64,000 bases of DNA from Azolla caroliniana (taxonomy: Eukaryota; Plantae; Polypodiophyta), in contig JBHGNT010000003.1 of the NCBI GenBank assembly GCA_043228905.1, positions 19,034,001-19,098,000 of the forward strand. Reading direction: 5' to 3'. The position numbers were made by a program, and so were the translations under genes. The first letter of the stretch is position 1. Each line of letters opens with the position of its first letter. Shown here one piece after another: positions 26,240 through 38,229 of this stretch. The notes beneath the pieces were generated by a model. That model was not told the origin of the DNA. It searched no databases and saw only the letters and a list, made by a program, of their open reading frames with translations.

Positions 26240-26990
26240 CTGATTTTGGATAAGGATAAGTGATGATGGCGTTGAGGGTTGTAACATAATTTAATGAGAG
26301 ACAAGTAGAGTAATGTCATTTTTTTTTAGGTACACGATTTTGGTGGTAAATCAGTGAGAGTGAGGTGGTTGATGTGGATTATTGAAGCACAATTCATGTT
26401 TTTGATACGGATGAGTGATGGTGGTGTGGGGGCTGAAGCATAGTCTCTTTAGAAAACTAAGTTGTTTGTATGTACAAGATTGTGGCGGTAATCGGCGAGA
26501 AGTTTGATGTGGACTTGAGGAAGCAAAATGCATGTTTTTGATAAGGATGAGTGCTGGTGGTGTGGGGGTTGAAGCATAATCTATTCAGAAGACTAGACTC
26601 ATTTAGTTGTTTGTATGTACAGGTTTTGCCAGTAATATGTGAGAAGTTTATGTGGACAATGTATATGCGGGATTTTGGTGGTATTCAGCAAGATGGATGA
26701 CGTGGACTTAATCGCATAGAATTTATGTTTTAGATAAGGATGAGTGATGATGGTGGGGAGGTCGAAGCACATTCTCATGAGGAGATGAGGAATTTAGACA
26801 CATTTTATTGTTTGTGTGCAGGAATTTGGTGTATTCGGCGAGATGGTTGATGAGGACTTAACAAAGCAATTTTTATGTTTTTTGATAAGGATGAGTATGA
26901 TGGTGTGGGGGCCGCAAAATAAACTCATGAGGAGAGGAGGAAACCTGACTTAATTTGTTGTTGTATGTATAGGAATTTGGTGGTAATCCG
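26240..26990. repeat. Degenerate ~135-190-bp satellite-like array (~5 units)
   Basis: The motif ttttgataaggatgagtgatggtggtgtgggg...gaagca recurs near 26245, 26400, 26535, 26727 and 26879. Confidence 0.7.
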
Positions 26991-28417
26991 GCAAGATGGT
27001 TTATGGGGAAGGAGGATGCATAGTTGTTGACTTTACAACTACGAATGTGGAAAGTAGTTCTCTTGAAAAACCAAAGAACGTTGTCGTGAAGATTTTCGGC
27101 AACGGTGTGAAAATTGTGTGCAACGAACGAAATTGAGAAGGTGCAATGTGCACGTGTGAAAGGGGTGAAGGCCACACGCATATGCTAGCATGTTGTCAAT
27201 AGGATTGAAATGAGAATCATAAAAGAAAAGCTAGATGTAAAGTTAAAGATGTGCACATGTGTTGTGCGCTCAATTGTAAATATAAAAATAAGACTAAAGC
27301 CTAGTAGCATTTAAGTGCATACATAGGGGTGAAAGCAAGGCTTGAACCTTACACCTCCAAAATAGAAGACAAATTAACTTACCATTAAAGCTAATACTAA
27401 GTGCTTTAGAATTTGTATATTTTCTTTTCATATTCAGTATTTTGTAGGAAGCAAACATATAGAAACCATGGGCACAAAACCATGGTTTTAGCCCATGGGT
27501 TTAGCTGATGGGTTTTGCATGGAGAGACCTATAAAAGCCTATAGTTGGGCTTGTGTAGGGGAGGCAAGTGATGCAAGTAAAAAAAGAAACTTTTAATCAA
27601 AGATCTGAGTTGTCCTAATGGTGATGTATCTTGTTTCGTAAAACTGAAGTCAAGGGTTCAATCTCAATCTCTCTCTCTCTCTCTCTCTCTCTTTTCATCT
27701 ATCTATCTTCAATACTTTCTTGCTTACGCTGCTTGAAACATCGAATCCTTCCGGTCCAGGACCTCGGTGGTCCCGCTTCATTTTGTGAACAAGCGAGGAT
27801 TTCCTTAGACATCTTACTTGGTGAACTCGACGTGAAGAAGCGGTAGGAAGGATCAAGACGAGGATCGACCAATACTTGGAGATGGCATCCTCAAGCAATT
27901 AAGTGGGAGAGTTCGAAAGAATGATGATAATCTTCGAACAAATGATGAGATCTCGGGACAACGATGCGAGCTTGGAGAAGGTCATCAACCGTGTCGTGGA
28001 GGTTGAGGGTCAATTTGATGGAAGGAACTTTACGAAGTTCCTGGATGTATACAAAAGGGAGATGAATCAAAGGGACGTGTCTGAAGCACGTCAAATCTCG
28101 AGTTTCAAGCGAGTTGCGGCCAACTATGTCCAAAGGCGGGTCATTGAGCTTTAAGAAAGGAAGACAACGTGGTCAGAGTTTGAAAGAGAAATATTAGTGG
28201 AGTTTGTGATGGACGATTTGTTGAGGATAGAAAAGAAAAATAAGAAGATGAGCGCCTCGAGGGTATACGACGAGTTCGACTACATGTTTAGTCGTCTCCC
28301 TACGACAGACCAACTACTGCTTGAGGAGGACAAGACTTTGTACTTCCTGAAAGCTGTGGATATGAAGGATAGATGAGAATTGGGGGCTCTCCTTGAAGAT
28401 GATACCCAAGTGAATGG

Positions 28418-29220
28418 TGTCGTGAAGATCCGTCACTACACGCGGATCGTGAGGCAGAACCACCAGGGTCTTGGACCAGAAAGATTCAAAGTTTGCACTA
28501 ACTTTAGCGAGAAAGTATTTAAGATAGGTTGAGAGAGATTGATATGGCGAAAGAGAGATATTGAGATAAAGATTGAACATTTAACTTTTAGATTTAAGAG
28601 AGAAGATACATCAACAATAGGATTACAAGTTTCTTATTTTTCCCAAATTTTTCATTAGTTTCATTTGCTTGATTCCTCCACTCTTTTATAGATGCCCCCA
28701 TCTATATGGTGCATGTGAGGGTGCACGTAATGCATGCTTGCCATGTTATCATCTAACCTCTCATGTATAAGAATTTGCATGTAAAAGTATAATGATAAAA
28801 ATATAGCTTTTAAGGAAATGACTTATCTTAGTGGTAAGTATATTGCTTCCTATCTTGGAGGTGCAAGGTTCAAGCCTAGCTCACATCCCTTTTAAAACAC
28901 AAAGTAATAGATTTTGGCCTTGCTTATATACTCTGGGATCCTTATTTGTCCTGTCTATGTGGGATATCTCGTAGTTTTGTTTTTTTTCTCTTCTTCTTCG
29001 CAAACTTTATACCCACATAACTTGCCACTTAGTTGTCCGTTTCTTATGTGGTAAAGTGTATTCGAAAGCTCTTGAAAACCTCAATCTTTTTGTACTAAGA
29101 TATTAAAATAGTATAAAATAGTATCTTCACTATTATTGTTTTATGTTGCGTGTGAAGAACCACACTCGATTTTGTACATTCCATTCAATTTTCACACCGT
29201 TGGCGAAAATCTTTACGACA
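28418..29220 (-). mobile_element. Solo LTR related to element A, inserted in A gag
   Basis: The minus-strand start TGTCGTAAAGATTTTCGCCAACGGTGTGAAAATTG matches the A LTR start. Flanks ATGG/ACAG are consistent with an ancestral 4-bp ACGG after CpG deamination on opposite strands. Confidence 0.85.
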
Positions 29221-32200
29221 ACAGGGTTGTGGAAGACTGGGTTGCGGTGAAGAGAGCGTGCAACAAGATCGATAGGTGTCATCAATGGCTTGATGATATT
29301 GACTTGGTAAGGTCAAACATAGAAAACACAAGACCATCTAAAGAAGTCGAGCTGCCTAAACAAAGCAACCTACATGAAAAGAAGATTGATGATGACTTAA
29401 GGACAAAGAAGGCCACTTCGAGGGAGGATGAATGTTTTGGAACACATGTCATGTTCAAAACATCGGATGATGAAGGAGCAAGCCTAATCGAAGCTTGTGT
29501 CGATAGAGATAAAGAGTGCGAGGCTAACATAATTCAGGATCTAGCCGCTAAAGACGACGTCAAGGAGGTGACTATGAACAAGACAACAAGCGTCGACAAC
29601 GACCATGGCCAGATTTTCTCCACACTTGTTCCAAAGACTTGGGTAGTTGCATCCAAGAACCAACATGAGACCCAAGAGACGGAAGGTGTTGACGAGGAAC
29701 CGAAGGTCGAAACGAATACATGCGATGAAGAGAGAAGCATAATCGAAGCTTGCTCGATCAAGAGGGTCAATGGGTACGAGGCCCATGAGATTGAAGAGAT
29801 TGCCACGAAAAATGACATCGAGTCAAAGGTGGCTATGGAAGAATTAATGGTAGATGGCCGCATCGAGGATTCCTTTGACACAAGTTCCGGAGACTTGGGC
29901 AGTTATAGAGAGCCAACGTGAGACCCAAGAGATGGAAGGTGGTAGTAAGGGGAAGGACCAAGATGGTGTGCACAACATTGAGGCAAAGATAGATATGGAT
30001 GAGTCGATGGTGAATGATGGCAATGACAAGAGTTTCCCCACGCTGGTTCCAAAGACTTGGCTAGTTGCATCCGAGAACCAACATAAGACCCAAGAGACGA
30101 AAGGTGGCAACAAGGGGGAGTTCAAATCTGATGTGCAAGATGACATCAAGAAAAAGGTGTCGAAGGCAATTGACCAAAAACAAATGGATTCCTTCGCACA
30201 TGTTCTAGAGACTTGGGCAGTTGTGGTTCAAAGCCAACATAAGACCCAATAGACAAAAGATGATGGTGGGGAAGCGCAGGTCCAAGCTGCTGCAAATAAC
30301 GATGTTGGGGAGTTGTTAAGAGTCTATTACTAATCAATTGGCCAAAGTAAAGTAAAAGAAGGAAAATAGATTGGATAGAAGAACCCGTTCCACCCGACCA
30401 ATAACATCCCATACCGCCGGATATTAGGATGACTAATACCTTGGAAGAGATAAACATGATCGTCGAGACGAAAGCCTAGCCCACACCATTGGTGTCTAAG
30501 ACAACAGCCTTCCGACGTAATGTCCTTATGAGGGTAGCTAAGCCTCATATTTATACCTTTTCCTAGGCCCCTTGAATAGATGTGCCTTTCTAATTGGTTG
30601 CCCAAATCATGATAGTGCATGCACCTATCATTCCTTCTATCCAATCATTAGTCCCCTTTTTAACATTAGCGAACATACCCTTCACTAATGTAAATATTAG
30701 TGACCTACCCTCACCAACGTTATGTGTACATAACATACTCCCATACTTCAAAAGATTGCACCCTTGCAATATAAAGTGAGGAAATTGTGTGTTAAGAGTA
30801 TGCTCGCTTTCCCATGTGGCATCATCAATAGGTTTATCCATCCATTTGATCTTGAATAGCCGAATCTCTTTAGAACATAAACGTTTAGTACGAGAATCAA
30901 GAATTCGCTCAAGAACATGAGGTTTGTAAGAAAAATCCTCTAATGTTACAAGATCTTGGATTGTGATGGTGTTATCACCAGAGCCTAAAAATGGTTTTAG
31001 ACGACTGACGTGAAAAACAAGATGAATACCAACGTTACGGGGTAAGGCAAGATGATAAGCAAATGACCCAACCCACTTAAGGATTTCAAATGGGCCACAA
31101 TATCATGGGGCTAACTTAGCGCACTTGCCCGTAGACAATGACGTAGAGTCGGTAGGGACACGCAAAAAAACTTTTTGACCAATAGTAAATGCACGAGGAC
31201 TTCTATCCTGATCAGCATAAAATCGAGCACGACCTTGAGCCGTCTTGTCTCTTTGGCAATATGCAACATTTGGTTCATGTCTTGCAAAAAATTGCGTGTA
31301 TTATCTAATATATCACGATGAATCGTGACATCAACTGGGGCACGTGGCTGAAAACCATACATCAACATAAAAGGACTATATATCTAGTGCATGTATGTTT
31401 AGAGTTATTATAGGAAAATTCTAAGATAGGAAGGTATTGCTCCCACTTAGAAGGGGTTTTTGCTACATAAGCTTGAAGCATGTCCTCAATAATTTGATTA
31501 ACTCGTTCAGTTTGTCCATCAGACTGAGGATGATCTGCCGAACTCATGCTCAACGTAGTTTCTAATTTCTTAAAGACATGAGTCCAAAAGTCAATAGTAA
31601 ACTTGGAATCTCGATCACTAACAATATCCATCGGTAATCCATAAAAGAGAAATAACTCATCAACAAATTGATAAGCCAATTGCTGAGCGGTTACTATGGT
31701 TTTGGTAGGCATAAATCTAGCCAATTTTGTTAGTCTGTGAACGACAACCCAAATGGCATCATGACCCCTCGTACACCGAGGTAAACTAACAATAAAATCC
31801 ATCAAGATACTTTCCCATTTATTGTTGGGAATATCTAAGGGATGTAAAAGACCCGCAGCTTTAAGTCGTTCTGACTTATTAATCTGACATTGTGAGCATC
31901 AAGTTACTTATTTATGCACGTCAGAGCGCATCTTAGGCCAGAAAAAAGTACTCGAGATGAGAACGAGTGTGCGTTGTATTCCAGGATGACCAGCAGATGG
32001 TGCATCATGACATTCATGAAGAATTTTCTGTTTTACGTTTGGTAAATCTGGAACACAGACCTTTCCACTACGGTAGAGCAAACTGTTTGTAATGTGAAAG
32101 GTCGCCTTCAAGGGTAGGGTACTAGTATTGACATCTAAACCAGATTCGGCTTTCGTCCAGTATTTCGAAAAATAACTGTCATCAAGGTATTTCCCTCAAA

Positions 32201-32709
32201 GATGATCTAAAAGATCTGATTTTATTTCCGTGAAGCTAAGCATGTTAACTTCTTTAATGCGACTAAGAGCATTCGCAATAGTGTTCATAGAACCCTTGCG
32301 ATACCGTATGGAAAAATCAAAATCTTGCATAAGATCAGCCCAACGGCCTTTACGACCAACAAGATTTGGCTGGTCACAAAAATACTTCAATGATTGATGG
32401 TCTGTTGTAACCACAAATTTATTTCCATAGAGATAGTGCCTCGATGTTTTAAGTGCATGTATTACTACAAACAAGTCTTTCTTTTGAACTGAATACCGAG
32501 ATTGAGCAGCATCAAGCTTCTTACTTTCAAAAGCAATAGGGTGATTGCCTTGATAAAGAACGACACCAATAGCATAAACATTAGCATCGGTTTCAATTGA
32601 GAAAGGGTCCAGTAATAGAAGAGTGGGAGCCTAACAAACATGCTCTTTAAGTGTCTCAGATGAGTTGTCAAGTTGTTCATTCCATGCAATTGGTTTGACA
32701 GACTTACGT

Positions 32710-33434
32710 TGTCGTAGTGTAGTTTGCACACTACGTGAAAAATGTAAAAGTAATATATCCGATTTAAGTACATATATATAAATAAAGGAAAATATTTAAA
32801 TGTTCATTACATGTATAGGGTAAGATTCAAACCCTATACCTCCATGTAAATAAACTAGAACTTTACCATTTTATTAACTTATCATAAGTGTTATAAATAT
32901 ATAGTGAATACGTATAAGACTTTTATTTATGCCTACCTTTATTAAAAGGTAAATCATGCATTTCTAGAGTGCGTGAATACTTTATTTACAAGAAAAATAT
33001 AAACCAATAAAAAAAAAACTCGTGCACATCTAGCGTGCATGAGCACTATATTTAAGAAATAAAAGCATAGTCGAAAAGGCAACTCATGCACATTTAGTGT
33101 GCATGAACACTTTAGAAAAGGTAGGAGGCTATGATTAGTCTCTCCCATCCTTATATAAGGAGGAGAGAAAGATGTATATGGGGGTTCATTATTTTTGTAA
33201 GGATTGACCAATATAATATATTCGTGGGATTCACGAATTTGTCATCTAAATTGTCTCTTACTATCTAAATATTGATTAAATACACTAAACTCGTGGGATT
33301 CATGAGATTCATAACTTACCTCTCTTTCTACCTATTCATTACTAGCCTTATCTCATATTCTTCTTTCTCCTAGTCCAAAACCTCAGTGGTTCCCACCCGA
33401 CTCACGCAACGATCCGGAGCCGAAAGGCATGACA
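32710..33434 (+). mobile_element. Solo LTR inserted in pol of element B
   Basis: Ends TGTCGTAG...CATGACA. Perfect 4-bp TSD ACGT (32706-32709, 33435-33438). Orientation is inferred, not certain. Confidence 0.85.
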
Positions 33435-34910
33435 ACGTGGATGAGCTTTTAAAAGGTCAGTTAATGGCGTAGTCAATTTGGAATAGTTACGAATTGATTT
33501 TCGTAAAAATCCAACAAACCCTAAGAATGATCGTAGTTCACGAATATTACGAGGATGGGCCAAAGTTTAACCTTTTCAATATGAGAAGGTTCAATTTCAA
33601 CACCATTTCCCATAATGATATGACCTAGGTACACAATAGATTTTTAGAAAAAATCACATTTTGAATGTTTTGCATAGAAAGAGTTGTCACGCAACTTTTG
33701 CAAAACAAATCGAACATGTTGAACATGATCTTGTAAGGTACGACTATATATCAAAATATTATCCAAGAAGATGACAACAAAATCATCGAGTTGATCTCGG
33801 AAAACATCATTCATCACTTGTCGGAATGTGGCTGGAGCATTAGTCAACCCAAAAGGCATGACTAAAAACTCATAATGGCCATAGCGCGTACGAAAAGCGG
33901 TTTTAGGAATAACATCCTTGGCAATGCGAATCTGATGATAACCTGTTCGTAAGTCAATTTTCGTAAAATATTGAGCCCCATGCAAACGATCAATCAAATC
34001 ATCGGCATGAGGTAATGGATATGCATTTTTAATTGCCATTTTATTGAAACGACGATAATTGATACACATTCGGCATGAACCTTCCTTCTTCTTTACTAAT
34101 AGAACTGGCGCACCCCAAGGTGATTTTCTATACATAATGTGACCCATACTCAATTATTCCTTAAGTTGTTTAATGATCTCATCCTCTTCTAATCGACTAA
34201 GTCGGTAAGGTGGAATGCTCATAGGAGCAACACCGGGGATGAGTTCAATTTGATGGTCCACATTATGTTTTGGAGGTAAAGTAAGCGGCAATTTGTTAGG
34301 AAACACGTCTTGAAAATCATCTAAAATAGAGTCGAGTAATCGTTGTTCATAATGTTGTAATGGTGTGGCATCAATATTAAAATAATAAAATTGAAGCGCA
34401 GGATCAATTACACACGAATTAATTAATGAACTAGAATACTCACTTAGAGATTTAGAAGACACAAGTGAACGAGAAGGAAGTTTCGAACATTGAATAAAAT
34501 GTTTACAATTATTAAGTTCAAATGTGATTGATAGATTAACCCAATCAATGGACAAAGAAGGGTTTTTATTAAAAACCCAAGGGTATCCTAAAATGACATG
34601 TGCGGATTGTAGTTTCATAACATTGTAGAGAATATGCGGAAAAATGCTCAGCCACAACCAAGTCTTCAATCACTTCGTTGAGAATTACAAACACAACAAT
34701 GGGAATGTGGAGATAGATGAACGTATACACAAAACACTGAAAGTGAGTACACAGTATGTTTTCGTGGAAAACCCTAAATGGGAAAAACCACAAGAGTTCA
34801 CAAACTCCAACTATCACTATGTCGAGAGGAATACAACAGATAAACACAAAGGCAATGACCTCGTGCTCACACTCTTCGCCTAGTGGCGGTTACAATACAA
34901 ACTCACTCTG

Positions 34911-34950
<40 letters not shown>

Positions 34951-37900
34951 TCTGCTACGCTCTGTATAGCAGTTACACCAATAACTCTATACAAAATAAT
35001 GACAACACAATGATACACACACACACTTTGTTTTCCCTAGGTCATATTTATACTAATATGACTTTAGGACTATTTACAGATATAGCCCCAATGGGCTCTC
35101 AAAAAAACATATTTCCATATATGTCCCTTCATCTGGTGAGAGGTTCTCACCGGGCCTGCATCATTCGGTTTTCACCGGGTCTTCCTTGCTAGGTACTCAT
35201 CATCCGGTTCTCACCAGGTCTTCTTTGCCAAGTACTCATCATCCGGTTCTCAACGGGGTCTTCCTTGCTGAGTACTCATCATCCGGTTCTCACCGGGTCT
35301 ACGTTGCTGGGTACTCATATCCCATCCGGAGGGACCAAAATCCTAACAAACTCCCCCTTCACTCCGGCATGGGATGCCTCGTCAATCCGGTCCTCTTTCT
35401 GCATGCATCTAGCTTGTTGGATGTCAGCACTTTGGTCAGCATATCCAACCCGTTCTCCTCCGTGTGGATTTTAGTCAGCGCGAACTACCAATCTTCTACT
35501 CGCTCCCGGATCCAGTGATACCTGCGCTAGATGTGCTTCGTCCTGGAATGATATGCTGTGTTCTTTGCAAGGTGGATGACACTTTGACTATCGCAATAGA
35601 GCCGGTATTCCTCCTGCCAGATCCCTAGCTCTTCGATGAAGTCCTTCATCCATAGTATTTCCTTGCCGGCTTCCACAACTGCCATGTACTCCGCCTCCGT
35701 GGTTGACAATGCAACCGTCTTCTGCAGCCTCGACTGCCACGAAACAGCTCCCCCTGCATATGTCATAACATATCCCGATGTTGACCGGCTAGTATCTGCA
35801 TCAGCCGACATATCTGAGTCGGTAAAACCGTCAAGTTGGGGTTTACCGGAGCCGAATCGGAGACACATACTTGAGGTGCCTTTCAAGTATCGGAGTATCC
35901 ATTTTACCGCATTCCAGTGCTCCTTGCCGGGATTGCTCATGAACTGGCTCACCACTCCTATTGTGTATCCAATATCCGGTCGGGTACACACCATTATGTA
36001 CATCAAGCTACCGACAACAGAGGCATATGGTATCTTCATCATATCCACCTTCTCTGCCCTCGTCTTCCGGCTTTGCTTACCGGATAATCTGCAATTTGCC
36101 TGGAGTGTTGATCCGAATGGTTTCGCATCTGAAATGTTGAACCGTTGAAGCACCTTTGTCACGTATTTCTCCTGTGATAGCCACAATTGCTTCTTTGACC
36201 TGTCCGGATGATATGCATCCCCAATATCTGTCTTGCCTGACCCAAGTCTTTCATTGAGAAGGTCTGGTTCAGAGCCTTCTTCAGCATCCGTATTTTGACT
36301 TGGTCTCATCTGACGATCAACATGTCGTCCATGTACAGGAGAAGTATTAGGAAGTCTCCACCTTCAAACTTCTTCACAAATACGCAGTGATCGACCTGCG
36401 TCTTGTGGTACCCTTGATCGGTCATGAAGGAGTCGAACTTCCGGTACCATTGCCGGGGAGCCTGCTTCAAACCGTAGAGGCTCTTCTTCAACCAGCAAAC
36501 CAGGTGCTCCTTCCCTTTCTTCACAAATCCCTCCGGTTGCTGCATGTAGATCTCCTCTTCGAGGTCGTCGTGGAGGAACGTCGTCTTCACGTCTAACTAC
36601 TCTACCTCGAGGTTCATGCTTGCCGCTATGCTTAGCACCGTCCGGATGGAAGTCATCTTTACTACTGGGGCAAATATCTTGTTGAAGTCCACTCCCTTCT
36701 TCTGCTGGAACCCCTTCACCACGATCCTGGCTTTGTACCTTGGGGGGTTGCGGGCATCTCTCGATTTCAACTTTTACAACCACTTATTCCAGAGTGCTTG
36801 CTTTCCTTTCGGCAACTCCACCAGTTCATACGTGTGGTTCTCATGGCACTCAACCACTTGCGGTTGTGGGTGTCCTCCTTTGCTTCTTCGAAGCATTCCG
36901 GCTCCCCCTCATCGGTTTGCAGCACGTGCTCTGCATCTGGAAATCTCCGAGGGGCCCTTCTCTCTCTTAGAGGATATCTGCTTCCTTGGCTTTCGTCAAC
37001 CGGCTCCTCTGTTTGTTCTTCATCCGAATCTGATTCGGGGTCTTGGCCGGTTCCAGTTTCTGCTTCTTCTTCTTCTTCGGTCGGTTCGGTTTCCTCTCCG
37101 TAATCGGCCAGTTCTTCGAGTGTCAACCGGCTCTTAGCTGGGTAGGTCTGTATCTCATCGAACCGATCCTTACCAGTCGAATCAAAGTTCATTATCTTCT
37201 TCTCCGACTCCCAGTCAACAAGGGTCTTGTCCTCCATGAAGATAATATCTCGACTCTGGAAAACCGTCTTGTCGACCGGATCCCACACTTGGTAACCGAA
37301 CTCATCATCGCCGTATCCGAGGAATATGCAAGGCCGTGACTTTGGATCCAACTTTGCTCTCTAGTCCTTTGCAACATGCACGTAAGTGAGACACTCGAAC
37401 ACCTTTAGATGCCGGCAATACACTTCCTTACTGGTCCACACTCTCTGCGGCGTGTCTCCGTCCAAGGGCACTGACGGTGACCTGTTTATCACATACGTCG
37501 ATGTTGCCAACACCTCAGCCCAAAACGTCTTGGGTAACCTTGCAGGTGCCAGCATACTCCGGACCCTCTCCATTATGGTCTGGTTCATCCTCTCTGCCAA
37601 CCCGTTTAGTTCCGGCGTCGTCGGCACGGTAAATTCGAGCTAGATTCCCTTCGAGTGGCAATACTCCTCAAACTGCCCCTGGTATTCGCCTCCATTATAT
37701 GCTCGAACCGCCTTCAGCTTCCGGCTGGTTTCTCTTTCCACTCTTGCGTGGAGCTCCTTGTTATTCTCTGACCGGACAAGGCCTAACACAAGGTGTCACG
37801 GAGACACTTCACCAAAGGGTGATTACGGCATAGGATTAAGATTCAACGATTACACCGACTTACGTAGGTTACACGATTAGAGTGCTTTGGTAAATTACAC

Positions 37901-38229
37901 GCGTAAGATATCACAGTAACTACAGAACGGAAATCAACACAGAAGTATAAACACCATATGCTCTATTAATTATCCGCTGAGATTACAATGGGGTCCGGGC
38001 CTTTAAATAGGTTTCCAGCCCGTAGTACAAAACGGTGCCTATCGCACCTATTCGGGATCCGTCCGGATCTGGAACGGCATACCGTTTCCAGTCCGTCCGT
38101 CCACACTATGCTTATTTACAACCATACTAAATTAATTCCTTCACTCCGTATTTTGGACTCCTTGCCGGCCGGTAACACATGGCACGCCCGTGGGACAGTA
38201 CCTTGTACGTCGAACCCTTCTCGGCCCCT

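Noticed and set aside
35140-35320. Regular ~38-bp repeats (also 54625-54800) and ~81-bp repeats at 58790-59033 as a possible CRISPR array
   Set aside because: They are head-to-tail tandem units without unique spacers, inside LTRs of a eukaryotic genome, with no cas genes.
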